Below are positions 41,535 to 51,926 of a DNA stretch of 64,000 nucleotides, in pieces. The stretch comes from an uncultured Dictyoglomota bacterium. Lineage in GTDB: Bacteria; Dictyoglomota; Dictyoglomia; Dictyoglomales; Dictyoglomaceae. The notes beneath the pieces are model-generated. The model was given only the letters and a program-made list of their open reading frames with translations. It ran no database searches and was not told the origin of the DNA. The DNA is taken from positions 16,819-80,818 of the forward strand of contig CAZZIO010000035.1 of assembly GCA_964654465.1 (NCBI GenBank). Direction: 5' to 3'. The first letter of the stretch is position 1. Every line of letters begins with the position of its first letter. Both the position numbers and the translations under genes were made by a program.

Positions 41535-42382
41535 ACCAAATGTATCTCTAAGGGATGATGGGTTTCTAATAATTTTAAAACCTCCTCTACAAAAGCATCT
41601 GGTGTAGATGTGCCTGTTATAATACCAATTTTTTGTTTATTATCAAACCATTCCATATCAATTTCTTCTAAGTTTTCTATATGATAAGTAGGCACACTTT
41701 TAACTAAAATATTATACAATCTTCTTGTATTAGCACTATTTCTTCCTCCAAGAACTAACACTAATTCTACCATTTCTGATAATATCTTTGCCTTTTCCTG
41801 CCTTTTCTCAACTTCAGGACATATGGTATTGAAAATCCTAATTTCCTTCCCTTTAGTTAGTATTAACTTTATAATCTCTTCCACCTCTTCCCAACTTTGA
41901 GTCGTCTGAATAACTATACCTATTTTAGGAAATGACTCTACCATTATAGCATCATTAATATTTTCAATTACTATGCCTTTTTCTTCAGCATAACTCATTA
42001 TACCAATCACTTCTGGATGTTTTTTCTCGCCAACAATTAATACTTTATAACCATTTTTTTTTAAAAATTCAGCTAATTTTTGTACCTTCTTAACCAAGGG
42101 ACACGTTGCGTCATAAATTTCATTACCATACTCTTTATATTTTTCTACCTCCTTATATGGCAAACCATGAGCTCTTACAATAAGCTTTTTTCCCTCTGGA
42201 ATTGACTTATTATTCCAAATTTTTATTCCTTTTCTTTCTAAATCTTCTATCACTTTTGGATTATGCACTAATGCACCTAATGTATATACTTCACCTTTTG
42301 TTTGTAAAATCTTTTCCGCTAAACTAATAGATTTCTTAACACCTGAACACCATCCATAAGGTGTTACCAAATATACCTTCAT
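41531..42382 (-). CDS. ispH: 4-hydroxy-3-methylbut-2-enyl diphosphate reductase
   Basis: GWCSGV, VHN, RAHG, DATCPLV, HPEV, NTIC, SANT, GTSTP. Confidence 0.96.
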   Translation of the reverse strand: MKVYLVTPYGWCSGVKKSISLAEKILQTKGEVYTLGALVHNPKVIEDLERKGIKIWNNKSIPEGKKLIVRAHGLPYKEVEKYKEYGNEIYDATCPLVKKVQKLAEFLKKNGYKVLIVGEKKHPEVIGIMSYAEEKGIVIENINDAIMVESFPKIGIVIQTTQSWEEVEEIIKLILTKGKEIRIFNTICPEVEKRQEKAKILSEMVELVLVLGGRNSANTRRLYNILVKSVPTYHIENLEEIDMEWFDNKQKIGIITGTSTPDAFVEEVLKLLETHHPLEIHLV

Positions 42383-43014
42383 TTTAAAAGCTCCGTAATA
42401 CTTTCTTTAATCTTATCATTAAGATCTTTTATCTCTTCTTTAGTAGGTTTATTATTTTTTATAACAAAAATTGGTCCTCCTATTTTTATAGTAATATTTC
42501 CTCCTAATTGAGGAATTACTTTTCTTCTTCTCCAGATCTTTTCAGTACCCTTAATTCCAATCGGAAGTATGGGAAGACCATGAGTAATTGCAAGAGTGGA
42601 AGCTCCATCCTTTATCTCAAGAAGTCCTTTCTCAGGATGTTCATTTCTTGTTCCCTCAGGAAAAATTACAATTATTTCATTTCCTTTTATAAGTCTTTTA
42701 ATCTTTTTCCATGTTTCAAACCTAAAATCTCGTCTATCTACATCTATAGCTCCAAGCCATCTTAGAAAAGGGTTGAAAATCTTTGATTTAAAAAGCTCTT
42801 TTTTAGCAAGATAAAAAAGTCTCTTATCAAAGGCAGCACCTATAACAATAGGATCCAATAAACTGACATGGTTAGCAACCACAATGAAAGAACCTTTAGG
42901 AATCTTTTCTTTCCCTTCAACTTTATAGCCCCATAAAATTTTTAATAGAAATCTTACAATATAAATAATTATTTTATAGAAAAAATAGGAAATTTCCTTC
43001 TTAATCCTTTTCAT
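42379..43014 (-). CDS. plsC: 1-acyl-sn-glycerol-3-phosphate acyltransferase
   Basis: NHVSLLD (HX4D), AKKELF, IFPEGTR. Confidence 0.9.
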   Translation of the reverse strand: MKRIKKEISYFFYKIIIYIVRFLLKILWGYKVEGKEKIPKGSFIVVANHVSLLDPIVIGAAFDKRLFYLAKKELFKSKIFNPFLRWLGAIDVDRRDFRFETWKKIKRLIKGNEIIVIFPEGTRNEHPEKGLLEIKDGASTLAITHGLPILPIGIKGTEKIWRRRKVIPQLGGNITIKIGGPIFVIKNNKPTKEEIKDLNDKIKESITELLK

Positions 43015-43663
43015 TTTCTATCCTTGCTTCCATTAAAATTTGATTTATTATTTCCATCACTTTATTCGTAAATTCTTCTTCTTTCTTTCTATCATGTTCA
43101 CCCTCATAAACTAATGGTTCTGAGTATATTACTTTTATTTTGCCAGATAAATGAGGAAATTTTTTCTCAGGAGGCCATATATTATCAGCTCCAATTATAG
43201 CTGTAGGAATAACAGGAGCCTTAGTCTTCGCTGCAAAATAACCAATTCCTCTTTTGATTTTAACATCTCCATTATCTCTTCTTAAACGCGTGCCTTCTGG
43301 AAATATTAATAATACTTCACCTTCTCTTATAGCTTCTAAACCATCCTTTACAGCAGACAAATCAATATTTTCTCTTTTAACTGGAATTCCTCCCAAATAT
43401 CTTGCAAATCTACCAAATATGGGATATTCGAATCGTTCTATTTTACCCAAAGCCTTAATAGGTCTTGGCAGGGTCGTAGCTATAACCAAAACATCGAGAC
43501 TACTCCTATGATTAGGAGCAATAATGACAGGCCCTTCTAATGGTATATTTTCAATACCATACACTTTCAAATTATAAAACCATTTTAGTAATCTTCTAAG
43601 AACAACTGCAATACTTTTATAAACAAATATTTGAAACTTTTCCCTATATCTCCTCTTTTTCAT
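43001..43663 (-). CDS. plsC: Second PlsC-family acyltransferase
   Basis: NHRSSLD, IFPEGTR, APVIP; start set at ATG 43663. Confidence 0.88.
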   Translation of the reverse strand: MKKRRYREKFQIFVYKSIAVVLRRLLKWFYNLKVYGIENIPLEGPVIIAPNHRSSLDVLVIATTLPRPIKALGKIERFEYPIFGRFARYLGGIPVKRENIDLSAVKDGLEAIREGEVLLIFPEGTRLRRDNGDVKIKRGIGYFAAKTKAPVIPTAIIGADNIWPPEKKFPHLSGKIKVIYSEPLVYEGEHDRKKEEEFTNKVMEIINQILMEARIENEKD

Positions 43664-44570
43664 AGGGTACTCCATCTGCCGAAGGAGGAGTAGATTTTCC
43701 TACAGCTCCTGCTAAAACTAACATAGTAAGAATATAAGGTATCATTTGTATAAATTGCGTTGGAATACCTACACCTTCTAGTCTCATTCTTAGAGCTTCA
43801 GCCAGACCGAAAAGTAAACATGCACCTAAGGAACCTATAGGATTCCAATTACCAAATATCATAGCAGCAAGAGCTATAAAACCCCTTCCCCCGGTCATAT
43901 TCTCGACAAAAACCCTCGCATGTTCTAAGGAAAGAAAGGCACCTCCTATACCCCCTAAAATTCCACTTATAAGCACACCTATATATCTGTATTTATAAAC
44001 ATTTACTCCCAATGTATCTGCTGCCTGTGGGTTTTCACCTACTGCCCTTATTCTTAAACCAAAGACTGTTCTATACAGTATATATTGGGACAAAAAGACA
44101 AGAACAATCATAAGGATGATTAGTGGAGAAAGGTCTCTAAAAATTAACCCTATACCAGGGATTTTAGAAATGACTGGAATATCTATATGTACAAAACCCT
44201 CAATGTGGGGAGAAGATCCTGCAGCTTTAAATATCAGCCTTGACAAAAAAGTGGTACCTCCAACAGCTAACATGTTTAATGCTGTACCACTTACTATCTG
44301 ATTTACTCTAAACTTAATCGATACCACTGCATGAATAAATGCAACAATTGAACCAGCAATTATAGAGAATAATAATCCAATTAAAGGATTTTTAAAAAAA
44401 TATGTTCCAACTGCAGCAAAAAATGCTCCAAATAACATAATACCTTCTAAAGCTATATTCACTACTCCACTTCTTTCCGAAAAAACTCCCCCTAAGGATG
44501 CATAAGCAAGTGGAGTTGCCATTCTTATAGCAGAAGTTATGGTTTCCCAGGCAAAAATTGTTTCAAGCAT
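43644..44570 (-). CDS. Nucleoside/sugar ABC transporter permease
   Basis: SERSGVVNIALEG, GLRIRAVGENP, GRGFIALAAMIFG. Confidence 0.92.
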   Translation of the reverse strand: MLETIFAWETITSAIRMATPLAYASLGGVFSERSGVVNIALEGIMLFGAFFAAVGTYFFKNPLIGLLFSIIAGSIVAFIHAVVSIKFRVNQIVSGTALNMLAVGGTTFLSRLIFKAAGSSPHIEGFVHIDIPVISKIPGIGLIFRDLSPLIILMIVLVFLSQYILYRTVFGLRIRAVGENPQAADTLGVNVYKYRYIGVLISGILGGIGGAFLSLEHARVFVENMTGGRGFIALAAMIFGNWNPIGSLGACLLFGLAEALRMRLEGVGIPTQFIQMIPYILTMLVLAGAVGKSTPPSADGVPYEKEEI

Positions 44571-45666
44571 ATGTAACTTTCCTCCTTTTTTTCAGAAAGC
44601 GAATGAGTACTTCGTTACTTACCACAATAGTTAATATTATGACTGCTTGTAGGACTGAAATTATTTCTCTTGGTATATGAGTAAAAACATCCATACCAAT
44701 AGCCATTCTATTTAATGCACCAAAAAGAAGTGCAGAAAATATTATGCCTACAGGGTGATTTTTCCCAAGTAGAGCAACTGCTATTCCAGTAAAACCAAGT
44801 CCGTGAGAAAAATTATCAAGATATCTGTATCTATATCCTAAAACATCGTTTATACTAGCAAGTCCAGCTATAGCACCACTTATTAACATAGTTACCAATA
44901 TGACATTTTTCACATTTATACCTGCATTCTCTGATGCATGTATATTAAGCCCCAAAGCTCTTATCTCATAGCCTAATTTAGTTTTCCATAATAAATAGTA
45001 AGTAACTATAACCATTAATGTAGCAATTACCAATGCATAATTTACAGGGTTACTTTCTGGTATATTAATACCTATCTTTTGAAAAATTGAATACAGCTTA
45101 GGTAGAACTGCTGAAGGAGGCAATTTATCAGTTTGTGGTAATGGATATAAAACTCCTTTTTCTCTAAAAGTATTAACAACTAAATAATTAGTAAGAGCAT
45201 AACCTATCCAATTCATCATTATGGTATTAATAACTTCATGGACCCCTAATCTTGCCTTTAATATGGCAGGAACAAATGCCCAAATAGCTCCACCTAAAGC
45301 AGAAAAAACAAGAGTAATGGGTAAGTGTAGAAAGGGTGGAAATAACGGAGCTATATAAAGACCTGCCAAAGCAGATACTAATCCTCCTACAAGAATTTGC
45401 CCTTCTGCACCAATATTAAAAAGACCTCCTTTAAAACCAATAGCTACTGCTAATCCAGCTAATATAAAAGAGGTGGTATTAAATAATACATAACCCCATC
45501 CATTTGGATTTCCAAGAGAAAAATTTATCACTTCTCTATATGTTTCCCATGGATTATGTCCAAGTAAATAAATAATAATCCCGCCAAAAAATAATGCTAT
45601 AAATATTGATATTAAAGGACTTATTATACTGAGAATTAAGTTTTCTATAAATTCCCGATTTTTCAA
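44563..45666 (-). CDS. Nucleoside/sugar ABC transporter permease
   Basis: GLFNIGAEGQ, EVINTIMMN, GFTGIAVALLG. Confidence 0.92.
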   Translation of the reverse strand: MKNREFIENLILSIISPLISIFIALFFGGIIIYLLGHNPWETYREVINFSLGNPNGWGYVLFNTTSFILAGLAVAIGFKGGLFNIGAEGQILVGGLVSALAGLYIAPLFPPFLHLPITLVFSALGGAIWAFVPAILKARLGVHEVINTIMMNWIGYALTNYLVVNTFREKGVLYPLPQTDKLPPSAVLPKLYSIFQKIGINIPESNPVNYALVIATLMVIVTYYLLWKTKLGYEIRALGLNIHASENAGINVKNVILVTMLISGAIAGLASINDVLGYRYRYLDNFSHGLGFTGIAVALLGKNHPVGIIFSALLFGALNRMAIGMDVFTHIPREIISVLQAVIILTIVVSNEVLIRFLKKRRKVTYA

Positions 45667-47195
45667 ATTAATGCCTCCTTTAATTCAGTCTGCCTCTTAA
45701 CTCCAGTCATGTAATAACCTAATTCTTTTTCATCAACTTCTGATTGACTAAAAGATCCTACTATTTCCCCATTATACATTACCAAAATTCTATCACTTAA
45801 ATTTAAAATTTCATCTAAATCCGCAGAAACAAGAAGCACAGCTTTTCCTTGATTTCTTAGATCTACTAAAAGTTGATGAACAAATTCTGTAGCTCCTATG
45901 TCTAAACCACGAGTTGGTTGAGCTGCGATTAAAAGATCAGGTAAAAAGCTTAATTCCCTTCCTAAAACTATTTTTTGTTGATTACCACCTGATAAATTCC
46001 TAATAGGTATTTTTATGTTAGGAGTTTTTACTTGATATTTCTCTACAATTTCATTGGCATGTTTATACACTTTTGAATAATCTATAAATATTCCCTTTGA
46101 AAATTTATTAAAATAGTGAAGACCTAAAATACAATTCTCCGCTACAGAGAAATCTAAGATTAATCCTCTTTTATGCCTATCCTCTGGTATATGACCAAAA
46201 AGAAGACGTCTTTGTCTAATCTTTTCCAAAGTTATGTCCTTGTTTTTAAAAAATATTTTTCCTCTTTTTAAAGGTAAAAGCCCTACTATAGCTTCTACAA
46301 GCTCAGATTGTCCATTTCCCTCAACTCCTGCTATACCCAAAATTTCTCCCTCTCTTATATTAAAAGATACACCTTTAACTACATCTAATCCCTTTCTTCC
46401 CCTTACCCATATATCCTCAACTCTAAATATTTCGCCTCCTCTTTCTCTCTTAATTTTATCAACTTTTAGAAAAACCTCTCTTCCTACCATCATTTGAGCG
46501 AGTTCAAACTTATTTGTTTCTTTAGTATTTACTGTATTTACTAATTTTCCTCTTCTCATTACACTTACTCTATCAGATATCTCAAGGACTTCATTCAACT
46601 TATGAGAAATAAATATTATGGTTTTCCCTTGAGAAGAAAGCTTTCTAAGAATAGTGAAAAGCTCTTCTACTTCTTGGGGAGCTAACACAGCTGTAGGTTC
46701 ATCTAAAATTAATATTTCAGCCTTTCTGTATAAAAGTTTCAAAATTTCTACCCTTTGGGCCTCACCAACAGAAAGATTTTCAACCTTTTCATACAAATCT
46801 ATTTTAAAACCAAGAGAATTAATAATTTCATTTAGAGTCTCTTCAGCTTTTTTTAAATTTAAAGATATACCATTTTTTACTTCTGATCCCAAAATAATAT
46901 TTTCAATAACTGTAAAAGGAGGTATCAGCATAAAATGCTGATGCACCATACCTATACCATAATTTATAGCAATTTTAGGAGAATGTATATTAACCTTTTT
47001 CCCACTTATATAAATTTCACCTTTATCTGGTCTATAAAGACCATATATTATCTTCATTAAGGTAGATTTTCCAGCACCATTTTCTCCAACAATTGCATGA
47101 ATTTCTCCCTTATAAATTGTTAAGGATACATTATCGTTTGCAACAACTCCTGGGAAAATCTTAGTGATTCCTTCTAATCTTATTATCTCTTCCAC
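45663..47195 (-). CDS. CUT2-type double-domain ABC ATPase
   Basis: GENGAGKSTLM, MVHQHFML, LSGGNQQK, AQPTRGLD. Confidence 0.93.
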   Translation of the reverse strand: MEEIIRLEGITKIFPGVVANDNVSLTIYKGEIHAIVGENGAGKSTLMKIIYGLYRPDKGEIYISGKKVNIHSPKIAINYGIGMVHQHFMLIPPFTVIENIILGSEVKNGISLNLKKAEETLNEIINSLGFKIDLYEKVENLSVGEAQRVEILKLLYRKAEILILDEPTAVLAPQEVEELFTILRKLSSQGKTIIFISHKLNEVLEISDRVSVMRRGKLVNTVNTKETNKFELAQMMVGREVFLKVDKIKRERGGEIFRVEDIWVRGRKGLDVVKGVSFNIREGEILGIAGVEGNGQSELVEAIVGLLPLKRGKIFFKNKDITLEKIRQRRLLFGHIPEDRHKRGLILDFSVAENCILGLHYFNKFSKGIFIDYSKVYKHANEIVEKYQVKTPNIKIPIRNLSGGNQQKIVLGRELSFLPDLLIAAQPTRGLDIGATEFVHQLLVDLRNQGKAVLLVSADLDEILNLSDRILVMYNGEIVGSFSQSEVDEKELGYYMTGVKRQTELKEALI

Positions 47196-47217
47196 TTACT
47201 TTCTTACCTCCCTTTAT

Positions 47218-47245
47218 AAAACCCCCTCCCATTATGAGAGGGGGT
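47218..47245 (-). terminator. Intercistronic hairpin after the binding-protein gene
   Basis: ACCCCCTCTCA/TGGGAGGGGGT stem followed by TTT, just before the ATPase SD. Confidence 0.65.
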
Positions 47246-47259
47246 AAGAAATTATATTT

Positions 47260-48270
47260 TTACTTTAGATATTTTGCTTTAAATTGTTCGAAGGTCTTAC
47301 CATCATATGGAACTACGATTTTTCCTAATATTATATCTTTTTTAACTTGTTCAACTTTTGAAATTACACCTAAAGGAAGAAGTTTTGTTTTTTCATAATC
47401 AACCCCACCATTTGCTGCACCAAAAACTCTAATTCCCGGTTTAAATTTTCCTTCCTTTACATCTTTTATGGTTTCATAAACTGCTACATCTACCCTCTTT
47501 AACATACTTGTAATAATCCTATCGGGCATAATCCAAGATTGAGGAGAATCTACTCCAATAGCATATTTCTTAGTTTCTTTTGCTGCCTCAAATACTCCTT
47601 CTCCAGATGCCCCAGAAGCATGATAAATTATGTCAGCTCCTTGTTTGTATTGTGCCAAGGCTAATTCTTTACCTTTCACTGGATCTTTAAATGCATCTCC
47701 TGTTACACCAATATAATTTATCAATACCTTTACTTTCGGATTAACATACAATGCTCCAGCTTTATACCCAACTTCAAACTTGTGTATTAAGGGAATATCC
47801 ATTCCACCTACAAACCCAATAATATTACTCTTAGTCATTAAACCTGCAATAACACCTACTAAGAAGGATCCTTCATGCTCATTAAATACTAAAGAAGAAA
47901 CATTAGGAAGTCCCTCTATAACCCCATCTACTATGGCAAACTTTACTTTTGGAAAATCTTTAGCTACTGCCATAATAGCATCAGTGAAAAGAAAACCTAC
48001 ACCAATAACTAAGTCATAGTTTTGTTCAGCAAGGGTCCTTAATAGTTCTTCCCTATTCGCCCCTCCAGGACCAGGTTCTAAATCCTTTCCTTCCACTTTA
48101 AGTACCCTAATCGCTCTTTGCAATCCATTATATGCAGCATCATTAAAAGATTTATCTCCTCTACCACCTACATCATATACTATACCAACTCTAATAGTTT
48201 TTGCAGAAAATCCTAAAGAAGAAAATAGGATAAGAGAAAGAACTAAAAAGGTAATTAAAAACTTACGCAT
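47260..48270 (-). CDS. BMP/PnrA-family ABC substrate-binding protein (probably nucleosides)
   Basis: GGRGDKSFN, FNEHEGSFLVG, GADIIYHASG, IGVDS, SMLKRVD. Confidence 0.92.
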   Translation of the reverse strand: MRKFLITFLVLSLILFSSLGFSAKTIRVGIVYDVGGRGDKSFNDAAYNGLQRAIRVLKVEGKDLEPGPGGANREELLRTLAEQNYDLVIGVGFLFTDAIMAVAKDFPKVKFAIVDGVIEGLPNVSSLVFNEHEGSFLVGVIAGLMTKSNIIGFVGGMDIPLIHKFEVGYKAGALYVNPKVKVLINYIGVTGDAFKDPVKGKELALAQYKQGADIIYHASGASGEGVFEAAKETKKYAIGVDSPQSWIMPDRIITSMLKRVDVAVYETIKDVKEGKFKPGIRVFGAANGGVDYEKTKLLPLGVISKVEQVKKDIILGKIVVPYDGKTFEQFKAKYLK

Positions 48271-48345
48271 AATAATTTAAACCTCCTCCATTGAGAAAAT
48301 TTTCTAAAACAAACAACCCCTTAAAATTCTAAATTCTTAATCTTA

Positions 48346-50280
48346 CTAGATGTCATCACCTCCCCTTAATACTCTTCTTGGTTTCCCCTCTCCTTGTGAT
48401 GCTACATAACCCTTTTCTTCTAATATATCTAATATTCTTGCTGCCCTATTATAACCTATACTAAATTTTCTTTGAATATAAGATGTAGAAATTACTTTTT
48501 TTCCCTTCAAAAGTTCTATAACTTTTGGTAGAAGTGGATCTCCAAATTCCTCAATCTCTTTTCCTTCTGTCTCTTCTTTCTCTTCAAAGGTAATAATATC
48601 ATAATTTAAATTTCCAAAATTTTCTACGATATATGATACCACATTTTTGATATCTTTGTCTTCCACATAAGGTGCTTGGAGCCTTATAGGATGACTGCTT
48701 GTTATTGGATGAAATAGCATATCTCCCCTTCCTATAAGTTTTTCAGCACCTGCATCATCCAATATTATTCTTGAATCTATTTGTGATGATACCGCAAAAG
48801 CAATACGAGAAGGAATGTTAGCCTTTATAAGGCCTGTTATTACATCTGTAGAGGGTCTCTGAGTAGCAACCACTAAATGCATACCAGCAGCTCTTGCTTT
48901 TTGAGCTATTCTACATATTAAATCCTCAATTTCCTTTGGAGCTATCATCATAAGATCATTCAATTCATCTATAATAATTACTATATAGGGTAAATTTTCT
49001 TCTATTTGAGAAAGATTTTTATATTCATCTATGTTTCTTACTTCCAATTTTTCAAATACCTCGTATCTCCTTTCCATCTCTGAAACTGCCCATCTTAACG
49101 CATAAACAGCTTTTTTAGGTTCAACCACAACTTTGTGTCTCATATATTTACCTAATAGTTTATTATACATTGATAATTCTACTCTTTTTGGATCTATAAG
49201 AATGAGATTCAAATTTTCAGGGGAATTTTTGTATAAAAGACTTAAAATTAAAGAATTAATAAACATACTTTTACCAGAACCTGTAGTACCAGCAATCAAA
49301 AGATGGAGCATTTCTGCAAGGTTACCAACTTTTATATTTCCAATCAAATCCTTTCCAAGAGCTATAGTTAATGGATGAACAGATTTTTTAAAAACATCAC
49401 TCTCTAAGATTTCCCTCAAATATACTTTAACTGGCTTGCTTCTTGGAATTTCAATTCCTATAACTGATTCACCGGGAACTGGAGCCTCAAATCTTACACT
49501 TGGTACTGCAAGAGCTAAAGCTAAATCATTAGAAAGACTCAAAATTCTACTTACTCTAACTCCAGGAGGTATAGATATATTATATCTCACAACAGAAGGT
49601 CCAATATTCCAGTCTTTAACCTTAGCTTCTATTTTAAAGCTTTTAAGAGTTTCCTCCAAACTACGAGCCATTTTTTCATAGTTTTCCTCATCATTTTTTT
49701 GAGCAGAATAGGAAAGAATATTTAGAGGGATAGAAAATTCTTTAGTAACAGGTTTTTGAGAAGTATTTATAAATTTGGCTTGCTCTCTATTTTGTATCCT
49801 ATCAATCTTTCCTTCTTTCTTTCTTTTTACTACTTTTTCTTCCTTTGAAAGAGTCTTTTTTTTATTAAAAATTTCAAAGGATGGATAAAAGAGAAATCCT
49901 AAAAAAGTAAAAAACAAAGTTAATAGTATGTATCCACCTATTCCCACATATTGATATATGTTAAAAGATAATCTTCCAATAAATTTACCATGATCTTGAA
50001 GATTAAAAATATGTATCAAGATCGAAATTAGAAGCAATAAAGATAAAAAATAAAACAATAAAGCCTTTAAAATATTTGGTTGATAGTCCTTTTTAATGAG
50101 CAGAAATGAAATACTTGTTAGATAAAGAAACAAAGGAATTAGGTATATACCAAAAACACAAGTTAAAAAGTCTATTATAGTTTTCCCTAAACGACCGCTT
50201 GCATCAGGAAATAACCAAGCCATAAAGATAAATATAACAATAGAGAAGATAATTATTCCTATAAGCCTATGTTTCTCCAT
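48346..50280 (-). CDS. ftsK: DNA translocase FtsK
   Basis: N-terminal TMs, HLLIAGTTGSGKS, IDPKRVEL, ATQRPS, gamma domain STSYIQRKFSIGYNRAAR. Confidence 0.96.
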   Translation of the reverse strand: MEKHRLIGIIIFSIVIFIFMAWLFPDASGRLGKTIIDFLTCVFGIYLIPLFLYLTSISFLLIKKDYQPNILKALLFYFLSLLLLISILIHIFNLQDHGKFIGRLSFNIYQYVGIGGYILLTLFFTFLGFLFYPSFEIFNKKKTLSKEEKVVKRKKEGKIDRIQNREQAKFINTSQKPVTKEFSIPLNILSYSAQKNDEENYEKMARSLEETLKSFKIEAKVKDWNIGPSVVRYNISIPPGVRVSRILSLSNDLALALAVPSVRFEAPVPGESVIGIEIPRSKPVKVYLREILESDVFKKSVHPLTIALGKDLIGNIKVGNLAEMLHLLIAGTTGSGKSMFINSLILSLLYKNSPENLNLILIDPKRVELSMYNKLLGKYMRHKVVVEPKKAVYALRWAVSEMERRYEVFEKLEVRNIDEYKNLSQIEENLPYIVIIIDELNDLMMIAPKEIEDLICRIAQKARAAGMHLVVATQRPSTDVITGLIKANIPSRIAFAVSSQIDSRIILDDAGAEKLIGRGDMLFHPITSSHPIRLQAPYVEDKDIKNVVSYIVENFGNLNYDIITFEEKEETEGKEIEEFGDPLLPKVIELLKGKKVISTSYIQRKFSIGYNRAARILDILEEKGYVASQGEGKPRRVLRGGDDI

Positions 50281-50282
50281 AA

Positions 50283-51926
50283 CTATATTTCCCATACTAA
50301 AGGAATTATTACAGGCTTTCTTCTTATTTCTTCATTAAAAAAGTTTTCCAGATAGGTCTTTACTAATACTTCCTTACTTACATTACCATTTTTAATTTTC
50401 TTCTTAAATAATTCTCTAACGACCTCTTTAGCTTCTTCTATTAATTCTTCAGATTCCTTCATAAATATGAAACCCTTAGATATTATCTCAGGTCCTTCAA
50501 GAATTAACCCAGTAGCACTATCTAATAAAACACCTATTACTAATACTCCATCTTCTGCTAATGCTCTTCTTTCTCTAAGAACAATATTTCCAACATCTCC
50601 CACACTTAACCCATCCACATAAACATTAGAAAGTTCTATATGATCAACTATTTTAGCTGTTTGTTGATCTAATTCTAAAACATCACCATCTTCCATCAGA
50701 ATTATTCTATCTTCAGAGAAACCTAAATCTTTACCTAACTTTTTAAGTAATACTAAATGCCTATATTCTCCATGATAGGGTATAAGATATTTAGGTTTTA
50801 GAATATTTATTAAAAGCTTTATCTCTTCCTGAGCAGCATGACCTGATACATGTACTCCTGCATCTTTTCCATATATTACCTCAATCCCTTTTCTAAAAAG
50901 CTGATCTACCAATCTATACACAATTACTTCGTTTCCTGGTATAGGCTTTGTAGCAAGAATAACAGTATCTCCAGGTTGCAAAGAAAGTTGTTTATAGGAA
51001 TGATTAGTAAGAAGTGATAATGCAGAATAAGTTTCTCCTTGACTTCCAGTGGAAAGTACCAACACCTTTTCAGGAGGAAGATTATTTACCTCTCTAATAT
51101 TCATAATAAGATTATCTGGTATATCTAAGTATCCTAATTTCTTCCCTACTTCTATATTGTTTATTAAGCTTTTACCAGCAATAGCTACTTTTCTACCAAA
51201 TTTATGAGCCATATTTATAGCTTGTTGTATTCTATGAAAGTTAGAAGCAAAAGTAACAAGAAAAATCCTACTTTTCGTAGATGCAAATATATTTTCAAAA
51301 GTGCTTTTAACAAGACTTTCAGAAGGAGTTGTACCCGGTTGTTCAATATTTGTAGTATCACAAAAAAGGGCAAGAACACCTCTTCCGGCAAGTTCAGCCA
51401 TCTTTTTAAAATCAGGAGTTATACCATCTATGGGATTCTGATCAAGTTTAAAATCTCCACTTATAACTACTAATCCTACTGGTGTATTAATAGCAAGTCC
51501 AACAGTATCTGGTATACTATGGGTTTGCCTGAAAGTTTCAATTATAAAGGGTGATATTTCTATAGACTCTCCAGGTACAATCCTCTTCAGGGTTGCCTTA
51601 TACCCAAATTCTTCCAGTTTTCTCTCTATAAGTCCCAGGGTCAAAGAAGTTCCGTAAATAGGCACATTTATATCTTTTAAAATATATGGTAAAGCTCCTA
51701 CGTGATCTTCATGTCCATGAGTTACAAAAATAGCTTTAACTTTCTCTTTATTAGAGACCAAATATGAGATATCTGGTATTATGAAATCAATACCTAACAT
51801 GTCACCATCAGGAAACATTAACCCTGCATCTACAACCAAAATACTATCCTGGTATTGGATAGCCAACATATTTTTCCCAATTTCTCCAAATCCTCCAAGA
51901 GGTATAATCTTCAACTTATCCTTCAT
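50283..51926 (-). CDS. rnj: Ribonuclease J
   Basis: PLGGFGEIGKNM, THGHEDHVG, HVSGHA. Confidence 0.97.
   Translation of the reverse strand: MKDKLKIIPLGGFGEIGKNMLAIQYQDSILVVDAGLMFPDGDMLGIDFIIPDISYLVSNKEKVKAIFVTHGHEDHVGALPYILKDINVPIYGTSLTLGLIERKLEEFGYKATLKRIVPGESIEISPFIIETFRQTHSIPDTVGLAINTPVGLVVISGDFKLDQNPIDGITPDFKKMAELAGRGVLALFCDTTNIEQPGTTPSESLVKSTFENIFASTKSRIFLVTFASNFHRIQQAINMAHKFGRKVAIAGKSLINNIEVGKKLGYLDIPDNLIMNIREVNNLPPEKVLVLSTGSQGETYSALSLLTNHSYKQLSLQPGDTVILATKPIPGNEVIVYRLVDQLFRKGIEVIYGKDAGVHVSGHAAQEEIKLLINILKPKYLIPYHGEYRHLVLLKKLGKDLGFSEDRIILMEDGDVLELDQQTAKIVDHIELSNVYVDGLSVGDVGNIVLRERRALAEDGVLVIGVLLDSATGLILEGPEIISKGFIFMKESEELIEEAKEVVRELFKKKIKNGNVSKEVLVKTYLENFFNEEIRRKPVIIPLVWEI

Noticed and set aside
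9320-43890. KOPS-like GGGNAGGG octamers pointing to dif (9320 and 12537 on +; 37278, 37637 and ~43883 on -)
   Set aside because: Few instances, at least one counter-oriented (11649), and confounded by coding-strand purine bias; needs a genome-wide count
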